Shown here piece by piece: positions 1-10,225 of a stretch of 32,000 nt of DNA; position 1 is the stretch's first letter, and the number at the start of each line of letters is the position of its first letter. This DNA comes from Pseudoalteromonas translucida KMM 520 (GTDB lineage: Bacteria; Pseudomonadota; Gammaproteobacteria; Enterobacterales; Alteromonadaceae): the NCBI RefSeq assembly GCF_001465295.1, contig NZ_CP011034.1:1740001-1772000 (forward strand), read 5' to 3'. Under the pieces are notes generated by a model. The model was not told the origin of the DNA. It did not search any database and saw nothing but the letters and a program-made list of their open reading frames with translations. Position numbers and translations under genes: made by a program.

Positions 1-1018
1 TAAAGTACAACTCTGTTTTTATAGAGCTTAGATGACAACATACTTGTAGTCTAGGTATGTCGGTACCTTCACTGATCATGCCTACACTAACAATCCACTG
101 TTCAAAAGATGACTTAAATGAGTTGATCTTTTTTATTGAATTATCGTGTAAGTATGTGACTATCGTTGACGTTTGATTGAATTCTTCAATCAATATTTTG
201 TTAATCATTTCTGCGTGTGCTACTGAAGACGCAACAACTAGACCTCCGGCAGTCGATTTTGAAGTTCTTATCTCCGACAATTTTAATACTGCTAATTTCA
301 ATAGATATTTAAGTGCAGAGTGGTTATTAAGAACTTCTTGGTGCGTTGAGTGAGTTTGTTTAAGAAATTCAGCAATCGATCCGTAGGTTTCGTGACCATT
401 CGAAATACTTTTGCTGTCAACTAAAACTATTTTTGGTTCTCTACACACATTATCCCCAATGGCCTGACTAAAGCTGTATTTATAATCGCAGATTAATTTA
501 CCTTCGGGGTCTGAATAGTTTAGCAAAGCGATAGGAAGAGCATCTGATCGCCAAGGGGTGCCCGATAGCGCAAGCGTGTAGGTTGCAATATCCTGCAAGT
601 TGAAAACCACTCTCTCACCCCACGTATTGATTTTAGATTTATCTTGCGAGAATGAGCAGTGATGTATTTCATCAAAAATAAAAAATGTACGATATTTACT
701 AAGCCCAAACCAAGCACTCTGTGGAATTGAACATAAACTTTGATAAGTCATAGAGACACCTATAGACGTAAATGAGCCATCAAACGAACAGCCAATTATT
801 TTTCCAAATGTTCTTCTAATATTATTAGCCACCTCAACCGATGGTGAAAAACAGACAACCCTATCTATCATTTTTTTATCAAATAACGTTTTTGCCAGTG
901 ATGCTGCCATTATTGTTTTACCACTGCCAGGAGTAGCCTGACATAGAAAGTGCTTATCAGTAGCCGTGTATTTCTTTACTGCTAACTCCAGACATTCTTT
1001 TTGCCAACTTCTCAGCAT
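1..1018 (-). CDS. Superfamily-2 (ResIII/DEAD-DEAH-like) helicase, N-terminal 339 codons; the 3' end runs off the window
   Basis: Absent from the ORF track because it leaves the window. Hand translation of the minus strand from ATG 1018..1016 stays open to position 2: MLRSWQKECLELAVKKYTATDKHFLCQATPGSGKTIMAASLAK (motif I), FFIFDEIHHCS (motif II), LALSGTPWRSD (motif III), MISEGTDIPRL (motif V-like). The start overlaps the upstream stop in ATGCTGA. Confidence 0.8.
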   Translation of the reverse strand, partial: MLRSWQKECLELAVKKYTATDKHFLCQATPGSGKTIMAASLAKTLFDKKMIDRVVCFSPSVEVANNIRRTFGKIIGCSFDGSFTSIGVSMTYQSLCSIPQSAWFGLSKYRTFFIFDEIHHCSFSQDKSKINTWGERVVFNLQDIATYTLALSGTPWRSDALPIALLNYSDPEGKLICDYKYSFSQAIGDNVCREPKIVLVDSKSISNGHETYGSIAEFLKQTHSTHQEVLNNHSALKYLLKLAVLKLSEIRTSKSTAGGLVVASSVAHAEMINKILIEEFNQTSTIVTYLHDNSIKKINSFKSSFEQWIVSVGMISEGTDIPRLQVCCHLSSIKTELYF

Positions 1019-1560
1019 TGCTGGGCACCATTGTTCAAAGAAGACAATACAGTAGTTAAAGCGTTAACTTTTCCTAATAACTTAGCTGAATTATTTTTAG
1101 CATCATCTAATGCAGAATAGAACAAGTTAAGGTGGTCAGGGAATCGCTTTTGTAGAGCCTTATATTCATCAACTTCCCCCAGTAAAATTGCAAGTTCAGC
1201 CTCAAACTGATTCTTTTCATTTAATAAAGTTTCTACAAGCGGTGATGCTTGATTATCAGTATTACAGCTAATAGATATTTCTTGTTCAATTGCAACCTGT
1301 TTAGGCTCAAAGGTAACTTTATTAAACAGCTCAGATTTAAAATACTTTTTATTGCGGCCACTTCCTTTTGAAATTAAGATCTCCTTCCGCTCAAGAGCTG
1401 TCGTTTGTCTATAAATAAATTTACGTGCCTCATCTATATCTTGATATGTATCAGTTACGGTTAGTAATTCATCCCTTAGCTCGACAATTGTGAAACCATT
1501 GCACTCTTTTTCGAGCAAAAGGGAATAAATGTGTTGGTTTAATTTGATAACTTGGGGCAT
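1012..1560 (-). CDS. Hypothetical 182-aa protein, wHTH-like N-terminus and coiled-coil C-terminus, translationally coupled to the helicase
   Basis: Track ORF. The stop overlaps the helicase ATG by 7 nt. The N-terminal part (FTIVELRDELL...ARKFIYRQTTALERKEILISKG) looks winged-helix-like and the C-terminal third is heptad-rich. No family recognised. Confidence 0.6.
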   Translation of the reverse strand: MPQVIKLNQHIYSLLLEKECNGFTIVELRDELLTVTDTYQDIDEARKFIYRQTTALERKEILISKGSGRNKKYFKSELFNKVTFEPKQVAIEQEISISCNTDNQASPLVETLLNEKNQFEAELAILLGEVDEYKALQKRFPDHLNLFYSALDDAKNNSAKLLGKVNALTTVLSSLNNGAQQC

Positions 1561-1585
1561 TTCTTATACTACAATATTTACGAAA

Positions 1586-1729
1586 ACTTAGGGTTGCTAA
1601 GTATATAGAACAATGCAAAACTTAGGAATACTAAGTTATGAATTTAAGAGTGATATTAAGAGCATACACACAAGCATAACTTAGGATTCCTAAGTGTACA
1701 AATCGTTGTAAAACTTAGACAATCTAAGC
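1586..1729. promoter_or_regulatory. Four palindromic operators ACTTAG-N5-CTAAGT in the divergent intergenic region
   Basis: Copies at 1586-1602, 1620-1636, 1679-1695 and 1713-1729 (last half-site CTAAGC). They form two pairs with 34-bp centre-to-centre spacing, between the minus-strand helicase operon and the plus-strand XRE gene. Confidence 0.65.
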
Positions 1730-1756
1730 TACTAGAGACTGAAAAATGATACTTTT

Positions 1757-2065
1757 GTGTTCCAAAATCCAATTCCAATTAAACTCAAACAAGCCCGCAC
1801 TAAATCAGGTATTACTCAAAAACAGCTGGGGGTACTTATCGGCATGGATGAAAACTCTGCGAGTGGTCGGATGAATCACTATGAGAAAGGCCGTCATATT
1901 CCTGACTTAGCTACCCTAAAAAAGATCGCTGATGAACTAAATGTTCCATTGAATTATTTTTTCTGTGAAGATGAGGCAACAGCAGAGCTAGTAATTGAAA
2001 TATCAAAATTAGATGCAGAGAAGAAGCTGAAATTAATCAAAGAACTTAAAGGCTCATCAAAATAG
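1757..2065 (+). CDS. XRE/Cro-C1-type helix-turn-helix transcriptional regulator
   Basis: IKLKQARTKSGITQKQLGVLIGMDENSASGRMNHYEKGRHIPDLATLKKIADELNVPLNYFF is a classic HTH_XRE pattern. GTG start. Confidence 0.8.
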   Translation: MFQNPIPIKLKQARTKSGITQKQLGVLIGMDENSASGRMNHYEKGRHIPDLATLKKIADELNVPLNYFFCEDEATAELVIEISKLDAEKKLKLIKELKGSSK

Positions 2066-2462
2066 ATTAGATTGTAACTAATAACATTCGAGGAATATTA
2101 AAATGCTATTTAATGAAATGGGCTTAATAGAACAAACTTCTGCTTGGATATCTCTCGGGTCAATTGCGAAATTAATAACTGAGTCCGTGCTATTTCTGAT
2201 TATCCTGAAAAAATTTAGTATCTTTAGATATGTACCTCTCAGTAAGTGCCTTTAAAAGTTTATGAGGTAGTGACAGGTAGCCAGTATTTAACAAAACTAC
2301 CTTTCCCTTGTGTACACCAGCAAGCCTATGATTGGGCGGAGTAACATTGCGGGCTATAATATTCTTTATAGCAGAGCTTAATCAACAGTCTTCGTTTCGT
2401 TTAAATACTTTATTATATACTCTAGGTGATAACTTGTTTTCTGAAGCCAGCATCGCAGAAAC

Positions 2463-3062
2463 TTACTGAGTTTGACAAAGCTCGATATAGAACAGTTTTC
2501 CAATGATTTTAGAATAATCAATTTCTAATCCGTTCGCTTCTTCTCTTAGAAAATTAGAAATATCATTCGCTGAATTATTTCGGCGATATACACGTTCTAA
2601 ACTTCTACGTTTTCGAATTATCTCAGCAGATGCTTTCCTCTTATATCTTTTATTCAAGCATAACTTATCAAAATGATGATTAAATATATTACAAAAATAA
2701 GGTTCAGCGGCAACAAAAATTGTTGAGAAATTTATCACCACTTTATTTGTAACTGTTACAGATGCTTCTAATAAATATTCATCAGGAAACTGATCGTAGT
2801 ATGTGTGCAAGAATAATCGATTTCCATTTTTAATCCAAATGCGCCCTTTATAATTACTATTGCATACACCACAGACAGGAATGAGATTTGTTGATAGAAC
2901 AGAAAATTCGGGGAATTCTTCTTTTGGTAAATAATGATCTAATGTTGTAGGCTCTCCTATCCCACAGTACGGGCACTCGTCAAAGTCTTCGAGTTCAGGG
3001 TATAAAAGTTCATCTCTTAAAGCAGACATTTCTTCCGTTTTAGAAGTGTAACATTTAATCAA
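2463..3062 (-). CDS. HNH-family endonuclease-like protein
   Basis: CPYCG...TLDHYLPKEEFPEF...NLIPVCGVCNSNYKG gives the CxxC / H / N / CxxC-N arrangement of HNH nucleases. The only available start is TTG 3062 (or the internal Met at residue 12), and the frame is open upstream to a TAG at 3138-3140, so N-terminal truncation is possible. Confidence 0.6.
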   Translation of the reverse strand: MIKCYTSKTEEMSALRDELLYPELEDFDECPYCGIGEPTTLDHYLPKEEFPEFSVLSTNLIPVCGVCNSNYKGRIWIKNGNRLFLHTYYDQFPDEYLLEASVTVTNKVVINFSTIFVAAEPYFCNIFNHHFDKLCLNKRYKRKASAEIIRKRRSLERVYRRNNSANDISNFLREEANGLEIDYSKIIGKLFYIELCQTQ

Positions 3063-3502
3063 TGCACCAGAGTAAACACCAGTAATAAGGTTGCTAACTT
3101 GTTCGCTCTGATTTAGCTGCCACCGGATCCAAGTTGACTACACAAATAAGGCGTAACATGCCACCTTGACAATGAGTTTTGCCAAGACTTATGAGTAAGT
3201 ATAGGAACAGAAACAATGACTTCATGTATCATAAATATTGACTGACCTTTCTTCGCTCTAGGCGGACTTCACCAAAGGCTATGAAAAGCGGGCTGGGATA
3301 CTAGCCCCATTGGATGCCACAGCGATAAGACGTGTGGCTAACAATGATGAGCTAATTGACCAAATTTTAGTAATGATACTGAGTGTCAACTATTACTGGA
3401 TCATATCAGTGTGACCAGTTCGCAATAAGGCCCAGCAGATGAAGTTATGCAAAGATTCATTTATTGTAGGGCTTATTTAGCTTTTGTCTCATACTACACA
3501 GG

Positions 3503-6500
3503 TTATGCGCCTCGATGTTTTAGTATTTCCAAAAATGGAGGAGTATCGATTCCATCGGGGATCATAGGATCATCATCAATACTGATAGCCATAGACTCCA
3601 TACTATTTAAAGACACTTCCCAAGCATCTAGTAATTTTATGTTGTCTTTAACCACTGAAGTACCTGATCCAACTCTAGGCTGAATACCTTTATCTTTATT
3701 TAAGACCCCATAACCAACTACGTAACGGCCAACATCTTCATATCGCTTTAGAAACCGATCTAAGTTGTGATTATTGAGTGGGGTCATAATCTGGATTCGA
3801 GCCGTAACCTGAACCATTGTTGAACTTGAAAACTCCATGTTTTCAAAGAGACATACTTTATAATGAGCAGGATTCTTTTTATCAATTTTTCTAATAATTG
3901 AAATTTGAAGGCGATTGCATTTATCTTCACATCCCAACGCTAGTACCAAATCACTCCAAATCAACTCAGCAGAAGTATCATTCTCATAGGCTAACATGAG
4001 ATGAGGTGTTTCATCTGGGGCAAATAAAAAACCCATACCGCGCCAACCAGCCCGATCCCATAGCCGAGGTTTGATTAGATGCTGAACTTTTGTGTTTTTA
4101 TGGGAAACCCTTTCTTCGTTTATAATGTCCTTCGGCGGTTGACCTTTACCTACTTTCATCTCACCCAAAGGTTTGCTCTTTTGATCGACTTTTGGAATGT
4201 TATAATCCCAGGCTTCAGCTCGATGAAACTTATAATTTTCCAACTCTGGTTTGACTAACAGACCCTTAATATTTTCAACCGCGTCATTACCGAGAATATT
4301 TTGCAACCCAACAAAGCAAGCACCAAATGGCACCGCTCTCTCTAATGCCTTATCCTCTACAATCATGGATTTGAAAGTGCTCTCCAGATCCTCTACTCGG
4401 ATTATATAGGCGAACACTTCAAGCAAAAATTCAGAAAGCCATTCCTGAATTACACCTTGCGCAGAAGTGTTCAACTTATGACTGGAGAACGAAGAGCAAG
4501 TTACCTCAGCTAGTAAAGTTCCAGCATCACCATTAATTTCATGCTCAATAGAAACTTCATCTTCATCATCAACAGTGATTTCGATGTTCATTGCAGGTTC
4601 AATCACTATGAACCTTTCAACAATACCAGTAGACAGTAGAGCTTCAATAGCCGCAAGGATCGACTCGGCAAGCTCTACAAGCGGGCTTTTGAAAGGAAAT
4701 GAAATCTTGATTGAACAACCCATCACAGAGCTTTCTAAACTAATATACCTGCTTTGGCAATTAATCAACTTTGGAACTGTTGCACCGAATTCAGCGTCTC
4801 GAACCACTTTTACTGTATCAAGATAGTCCTGATCTACTTTCAATTCATATTCTTGCTCAATAAGCTCTGTATGTCCCAATACATAAAGTAATATAGAGCG
4901 AGAAAAATATAAGTTGAGCCTGTCTAAAAGGTCAGGCAATCGAGTGAACTGACTTAGTTCTGATGGGTTACAGTTAGCTAAGCACTGAGCAAGAAAGGCG
5001 TCAAATGCATTACGCTCACTCTCAGAGATAACCTCCTTTTCAATCCCTGATTCTGCGATGAGCGCTGACTCCCAAAATGAAATAGCATAGCTAATTCGTC
5101 CAAGTAATAGCTCAACTTTTGCGAGTCTAGCATAGCTATGAGTATGAGCTGCAACTAGTTCACCACTTTTCCAAAAATCATCAGTAACTAGAGATGCAGC
5201 CAATAGTAAATTTGCTCGCGAAGCCCACTGTAAACCAACTCTTTCATAAGCGACAGCCAATACATTCAAGGCTGCATAAAGATCTTTCCTTGATTCATTC
5301 TTGTGGAGCTTAGCTAAAGACTTTCCAATTAATTTAATCGCTTGGTAAGGTTGGTTAGATTCCATTCTTCTGGCGCCACGTTTTAAACAGAGCTGTGCAG
5401 CTTTGCGTTCTCCATCTCGGCGTGATGTATGTTCAGTAAAGTAGTCCAGTAGCTCTTCATATTGCTCATTTTCACCAAATGCTCCGTCAATTTCTGAGAA
5501 AAGTTCATACAAGTCAGAAAATGGAAAACCAACCAGAAATTCACCTGCTTCCACAATATGAAGTAAATCAGCAAATATATCCGAAGCTTCGTCTAGGTCA
5601 TTTATTGTATAAAGCTTGAGCATTTCCAGATGAACCTTACACATCAAAGAATTGCTTGGCAGTTCATCATGTTCTGAAAGTTCTTGAATAGCTGTTTTGA
5701 TCTTAGTTATTAATGGATTTGTGGTTAGATTTTCTGCTTCCTGATTGTGTCGTTTGTATCCGATGAACACACCCAACAATGAAAGAACATCTCTCCATTG
5801 AACCGATGTCTCAATTTTTTCTGCGAGTTCAATACACTTGATGAGATGGTTCTGGAAAAGATGAAAGTCTTCAAACCACCAATATGCTGCCCATGCATAC
5901 TGGTAATGAGCATTGAATTGTTTATGAGAACCACCAAATCGTTCAGCTGCATTAACTGCTCGTTCAAAAAGACCTTGGCACTCAATTTGAGGTTGTTCTA
6001 ACTCTTTTGAAGTGACTGCTATTTCAAGTAACCAATCCAGCTGATGTGGGCTTATTTTACTTGGGTTAACTTTATCCCTAATTATTAATTCCAGCTCTTT
6101 TAAGCGAGCTTGCTTTTCGTAATCTTGTACGCCAACCTTAACTTCTCTTCGCCAGCTAACGTCAATGGCTAATGAGTCAATTGCAAGCTGTTCATACCCG
6201 TACTTGAAAACCTGATCGAGTATCCAAGAAACATCTAATATTCTTACATCAATGCCAGTCTCTTTAAACAATTCATCTTCTAGCTGGCTTCGTTGATTTG
6301 ATTTCGCATACCTATTGGTTACACAAAATGCTTTTACATAACCTCGATTTGTGGACTTAATTTTTCGTACATCTTTTCGGCATTTAGCTTTCCAGTCCTC
6401 CTGGGTACTAACCGCAAAAGCCCACCTTTCTTCGTTTGAAGCTTCGTTTACACCGACGTACCACAATGCCTTCGCTTGCTCTGATACAGGGAAGGTTTGA

Positions 6501-6763
6501 GTATCAACTTTTCCATCACCTCCAGCTACAGGGCCTGTTTGTTCAAGTAGGTTAGGACAGATAACTTTCTCACATAACTTCTTGGCAAAATCTTCAAACG
6601 CAAGTTCCATATTTCTGCGATTCAGCGTATTGAATTGATACTCCAAAAGTGTTCGGTCAAGTTTGCCAACTTCCTTTACTATTGAGTCAGAAAAGCGCTC
6701 AGGACGACGACTTTTCATAAACTCTCTAGGGGAGAAATTAGAATTCAGTTTTTTATTATTCAA
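3503..6763 (-). CDS. 1086-aa protein: N-terminal Mrr-like (PD-(D/E)xK) restriction-endonuclease domain, then a long alpha-helical/TPR-like repeat region and an unknown C-terminal domain
   Basis: N-terminal FEDFAKKLCEKVICPNLLEQTGPVAGGDGKVDTQTF...WAFAVSTQEDWKAK resembles the Mrr_cat pattern (FE..v..ll...G....tg...DgGiD ... Q.K). The middle contains TPR-like strings (YQYAWAAYWWFEDF, LAVAYERVGLQWASRANLLLAAS). I found no Walker A motif. TTG start preceded by AAGGA. Confidence 0.7.
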   Translation of the reverse strand: MNNKKLNSNFSPREFMKSRRPERFSDSIVKEVGKLDRTLLEYQFNTLNRRNMELAFEDFAKKLCEKVICPNLLEQTGPVAGGDGKVDTQTFPVSEQAKALWYVGVNEASNEERWAFAVSTQEDWKAKCRKDVRKIKSTNRGYVKAFCVTNRYAKSNQRSQLEDELFKETGIDVRILDVSWILDQVFKYGYEQLAIDSLAIDVSWRREVKVGVQDYEKQARLKELELIIRDKVNPSKISPHQLDWLLEIAVTSKELEQPQIECQGLFERAVNAAERFGGSHKQFNAHYQYAWAAYWWFEDFHLFQNHLIKCIELAEKIETSVQWRDVLSLLGVFIGYKRHNQEAENLTTNPLITKIKTAIQELSEHDELPSNSLMCKVHLEMLKLYTINDLDEASDIFADLLHIVEAGEFLVGFPFSDLYELFSEIDGAFGENEQYEELLDYFTEHTSRRDGERKAAQLCLKRGARRMESNQPYQAIKLIGKSLAKLHKNESRKDLYAALNVLAVAYERVGLQWASRANLLLAASLVTDDFWKSGELVAAHTHSYARLAKVELLLGRISYAISFWESALIAESGIEKEVISESERNAFDAFLAQCLANCNPSELSQFTRLPDLLDRLNLYFSRSILLYVLGHTELIEQEYELKVDQDYLDTVKVVRDAEFGATVPKLINCQSRYISLESSVMGCSIKISFPFKSPLVELAESILAAIEALLSTGIVERFIVIEPAMNIEITVDDEDEVSIEHEINGDAGTLLAEVTCSSFSSHKLNTSAQGVIQEWLSEFLLEVFAYIIRVEDLESTFKSMIVEDKALERAVPFGACFVGLQNILGNDAVENIKGLLVKPELENYKFHRAEAWDYNIPKVDQKSKPLGEMKVGKGQPPKDIINEERVSHKNTKVQHLIKPRLWDRAGWRGMGFLFAPDETPHLMLAYENDTSAELIWSDLVLALGCEDKCNRLQISIIRKIDKKNPAHYKVCLFENMEFSSSTMVQVTARIQIMTPLNNHNLDRFLKRYEDVGRYVVGYGVLNKDKGIQPRVGSGTSVVKDNIKLLDAWEVSLNSMESMAISIDDDPMIPDGIDTPPFLEILKHRGA

Positions 6764-7064
6764 ATCGATGTCCTTACGAATTTATTAGAATTAAACCTAT
6801 ACTACATAGCTTGTTCTGAGTTAGCCAAGTGCATTTGCTGTTGAAGTTAGTGATATTTCGGAAATAGGTGGTCACATTTTCATCGTTGTAGATAGTCGCA
6901 CAGATATACCTGAGTTAGTTACTACTCCTGACCAATTTATAGAGACAGAAGTAGTTTTGTTATAAAAATGTCGAAATTTTTAACATACTTTTCCTAATCT
7001 GATAGCAACGTTTTAGAGCAATAGATCTAACTCGCTTTTGTTCAAAAAGAGTTTGTCCGACCGC

Positions 7065-7110
7065 CAGCTTATCGCTCTTTGCCTAAGTACGCCGAGTGCC
7101 ATGAGCAGAC
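7065..7110 (-). repeat. Inverted orphan copy of the box-plus-junction module found in the cassette array
   Basis: The reverse complement reads GTCTGCTCATGGCAC-tcggcgtacttaggcaaa-GAGCGATAAGCTG. Compare 24878-25003 (GTCCGCTCATGGCAC...ggcgtacttcggcaaaGAGCGATAACCGG) and 23617-23663. Confidence 0.65.
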
Positions 7111-7163
7111 AGCCAGGAGCTATAATGTCTGGACTCAAAATTTGACCCCCAATGGCTCACAAC

Positions 7164-8351
7164 TCAACTTTTACAGACATCAACAATGTGATCAATCAAT
7201 AAATTGAGTTTCCTGAAGTCATAACGATCATCAATCGACTTAACTTTCTTAAACTGTTTTGTATAGTGCTCTTTCTCTTCTAAGGCACCGTGATACGTTT
7301 TCATGTCACTCTTATATAAAGACCACCTGACAACAGGTTCCTTGCTCACCTTGTAAGATAAATCTAGAAAACACTCAATAGCGACCGCTTTACCATTTAC
7401 ATCCGCATAATGCCTACCGGTTGGCCCTTCAGTCGCAAAACGGGAAAACTCTTCCAAGTCTGGGAGCTTCATAACCTTTAGATTTTTTGGCGCTTTAATC
7501 TCAGCCGTCTTCTCATACTTCTCAACCCCTTCAGCATCGTTATCAAAGATAAAAAGACATTTGTTTAGCATCCCAATACTCGCCAAGCCTTGAAAAAACT
7601 TATACAAACTACCCGTCCCAGTAAATGGGTAATGCTTTTTCATATCTACATAGGTAAAAAAGTCAGTAACATCAGGCCTAAGGAGCGTCATCGCTCGCTT
7701 AATAATAAATAAATCAGATGACCCTTCCGTTATGATCAAAAATTTATGTTCGTCATCAACGCCAGTATGAAGCTTATCTTTGGTAACCAACCGTCCTTCA
7801 ACTATTTCTTGCGTTCTCCACATAACTTTCACATGTTGATTCTTTGGATTTTCAGCGAGCAGTCGCATATATGCATACGGATGAAGACGGTCTAAAAATA
7901 TAAAAAAATCATCACTGTTTGCGAGTATTGGCTCTTTTGCATTCTCAAAATCATTTTGTTTAAAAACAACCTCAGAGAGATAGTTATAAAACGTTGAACC
8001 TGGGTTTTCCGAAATGCGCTCTAAGTCATCAATATTCATAGCTGATACGACTTTTACAAAATCCTCAGAAGAGACCAACTCCAAAAATGTCTCTTCAAAA
8101 AAATCTAAAATACTCTTCTCATAAATAGTTTGGATATCCTTAAGTTTATAGCCTAACAAATCTAACCTTAACTTTACTTCCCCCAACGTGCGTGAAAAGC
8201 CAGTTTCTTCATGCAATTCATCTTCATACATATGTGTGTTTATCACGCCATAATCAGACTGCATAAACAATTTTGAGTGATTGTTAAAATACTCACCCTT
8301 ACTATAATCGAACTCCAAAGAGCCTACATCTAAAGAAACAGAGGAACCCAC
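7164..8351 (-). CDS. Toprim-domain protein (possible HEPN/Toprim-associated N-terminal domain family)
   Basis: FLIITEGSSDLFIIKRA ... CLFIFDNDAEGVEKYEK supplies the Toprim E(G) and DxD(xxG) signatures. GTG start with GGGAG 8 nt upstream. Confidence 0.7.
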   Translation of the reverse strand: MGSSVSLDVGSLEFDYSKGEYFNNHSKLFMQSDYGVINTHMYEDELHEETGFSRTLGEVKLRLDLLGYKLKDIQTIYEKSILDFFEETFLELVSSEDFVKVVSAMNIDDLERISENPGSTFYNYLSEVVFKQNDFENAKEPILANSDDFFIFLDRLHPYAYMRLLAENPKNQHVKVMWRTQEIVEGRLVTKDKLHTGVDDEHKFLIITEGSSDLFIIKRAMTLLRPDVTDFFTYVDMKKHYPFTGTGSLYKFFQGLASIGMLNKCLFIFDNDAEGVEKYEKTAEIKAPKNLKVMKLPDLEEFSRFATEGPTGRHYADVNGKAVAIECFLDLSYKVSKEPVVRWSLYKSDMKTYHGALEEKEHYTKQFKKVKSIDDRYDFRKLNLLIDHIVDVCKS

Positions 8352-8747
8352 TTACATCTCCCTATAAACAAAATTAAGTATTCTATTAAGCGATACAGCT
8401 AACCTCTACCCATACCACCAAATCAAATCTGGTCGACAAAAACCCAACTATATGGTCATTTCCGGTGGTTAAAAATCAAGCAAAGCCAAGTCATAAACTA
8501 AAATAACGATTTCAATATGTAGAGCTCTTTCTCAAAGTCATCCAAACCACCTAAATGAATTACTTTAAGAATACAGTTAGATAATATGCGTGATGCTTTT
8601 TCTAGGACAATCTGTGAGGGTACCTTCTCCCCAAATCCCTTACCGGAACGACATCTTTAACCTTGGCATTATGGACAGCGGACGAGTGAATGTTGTGGAA
8701 GGCTTTTATTTAAGTAGCCAAAATTAACTTCTGGCTCCTTGTAGTTG

Positions 8748-8959
8748 CTATTTCCAGCTTGAGCCTATTTCTACCATCGTGGAATCTACGTCAAACTCAC
8801 GATCAATATCTGGACTAAATACACCCAAAACATCGCCATACCTAAATTCTTCACACGTACATTCATTTTCACCTTCATCACAGTCAAAGCAAGTTCGGTT
8901 ACAAAATTCAATCATTCGATCAATTGCAGTCTCTCTATTATTCAGGATATTCACAGGGG
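8748..8959 (-). pseudogene. C-terminal part of a small Cys/acidic-rich ORF split by the IS3 element
   Basis: The track ORF 8748..8954 frame continues without a stop up to the IS boundary at 8960. See 10226..10358 for the N-terminal part. Confidence 0.6.
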
Positions 8960-9036
8960 TGTAGTAGTACAGTGATTTTGGCCACCCATTAAGAAAGAAA
9001 TGTTATGCTAATAAGCATACAAATTTGGGTGAAAAA

Positions 9037-10217
<1,181 letters not shown>

Positions 10218-10225
10218 CCACTACA

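Noticed and set aside
520-717. Track ORF 520..717 (minus)
   Set aside because: It is an out-of-frame shadow inside the helicase coding region.
2190-2375. Minus-strand open frame ...IKNIIARNVTPPNHRLAGVHKGKVVLLNTGYLSLPHKLLKALTERYISKDTKFFQDNQK*
   Set aside because: It has no start codon and no recognisable motif. It is possibly a gene remnant, but this cannot be supported.
3318-3400. A possible degenerate plus-strand R copy (AGCGATAAG...GGCTAA...CTAATTGA)
   Set aside because: Only three short words match and their spacing differs. The region also reads as a remnant coding frame (ADFTKGYEKRAGILAPLDATAIRRVANNDELIDQILVMI), so the similarity is probably chance.
3447-6001. Track ORFs 3447..3683, 4575..4826, 5383..5574, 5725..5985 and 5798..6001
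   Set aside because: All lie within, or for 3447..3683 overlap the 3' end of, the 1086-aa gene on the opposite strand or in another frame. They have unnatural composition.
3503-6763. The 1086-aa protein as an Avs/STAND NTPase
   Set aside because: I found no Walker A (GxxxxGK[ST]) or Walker B pattern anywhere in the translation.
8779-8964. Track ORF 8779..8964 (plus)
   Set aside because: It is antisense to the IS-split small ORF and crosses the IS boundary.
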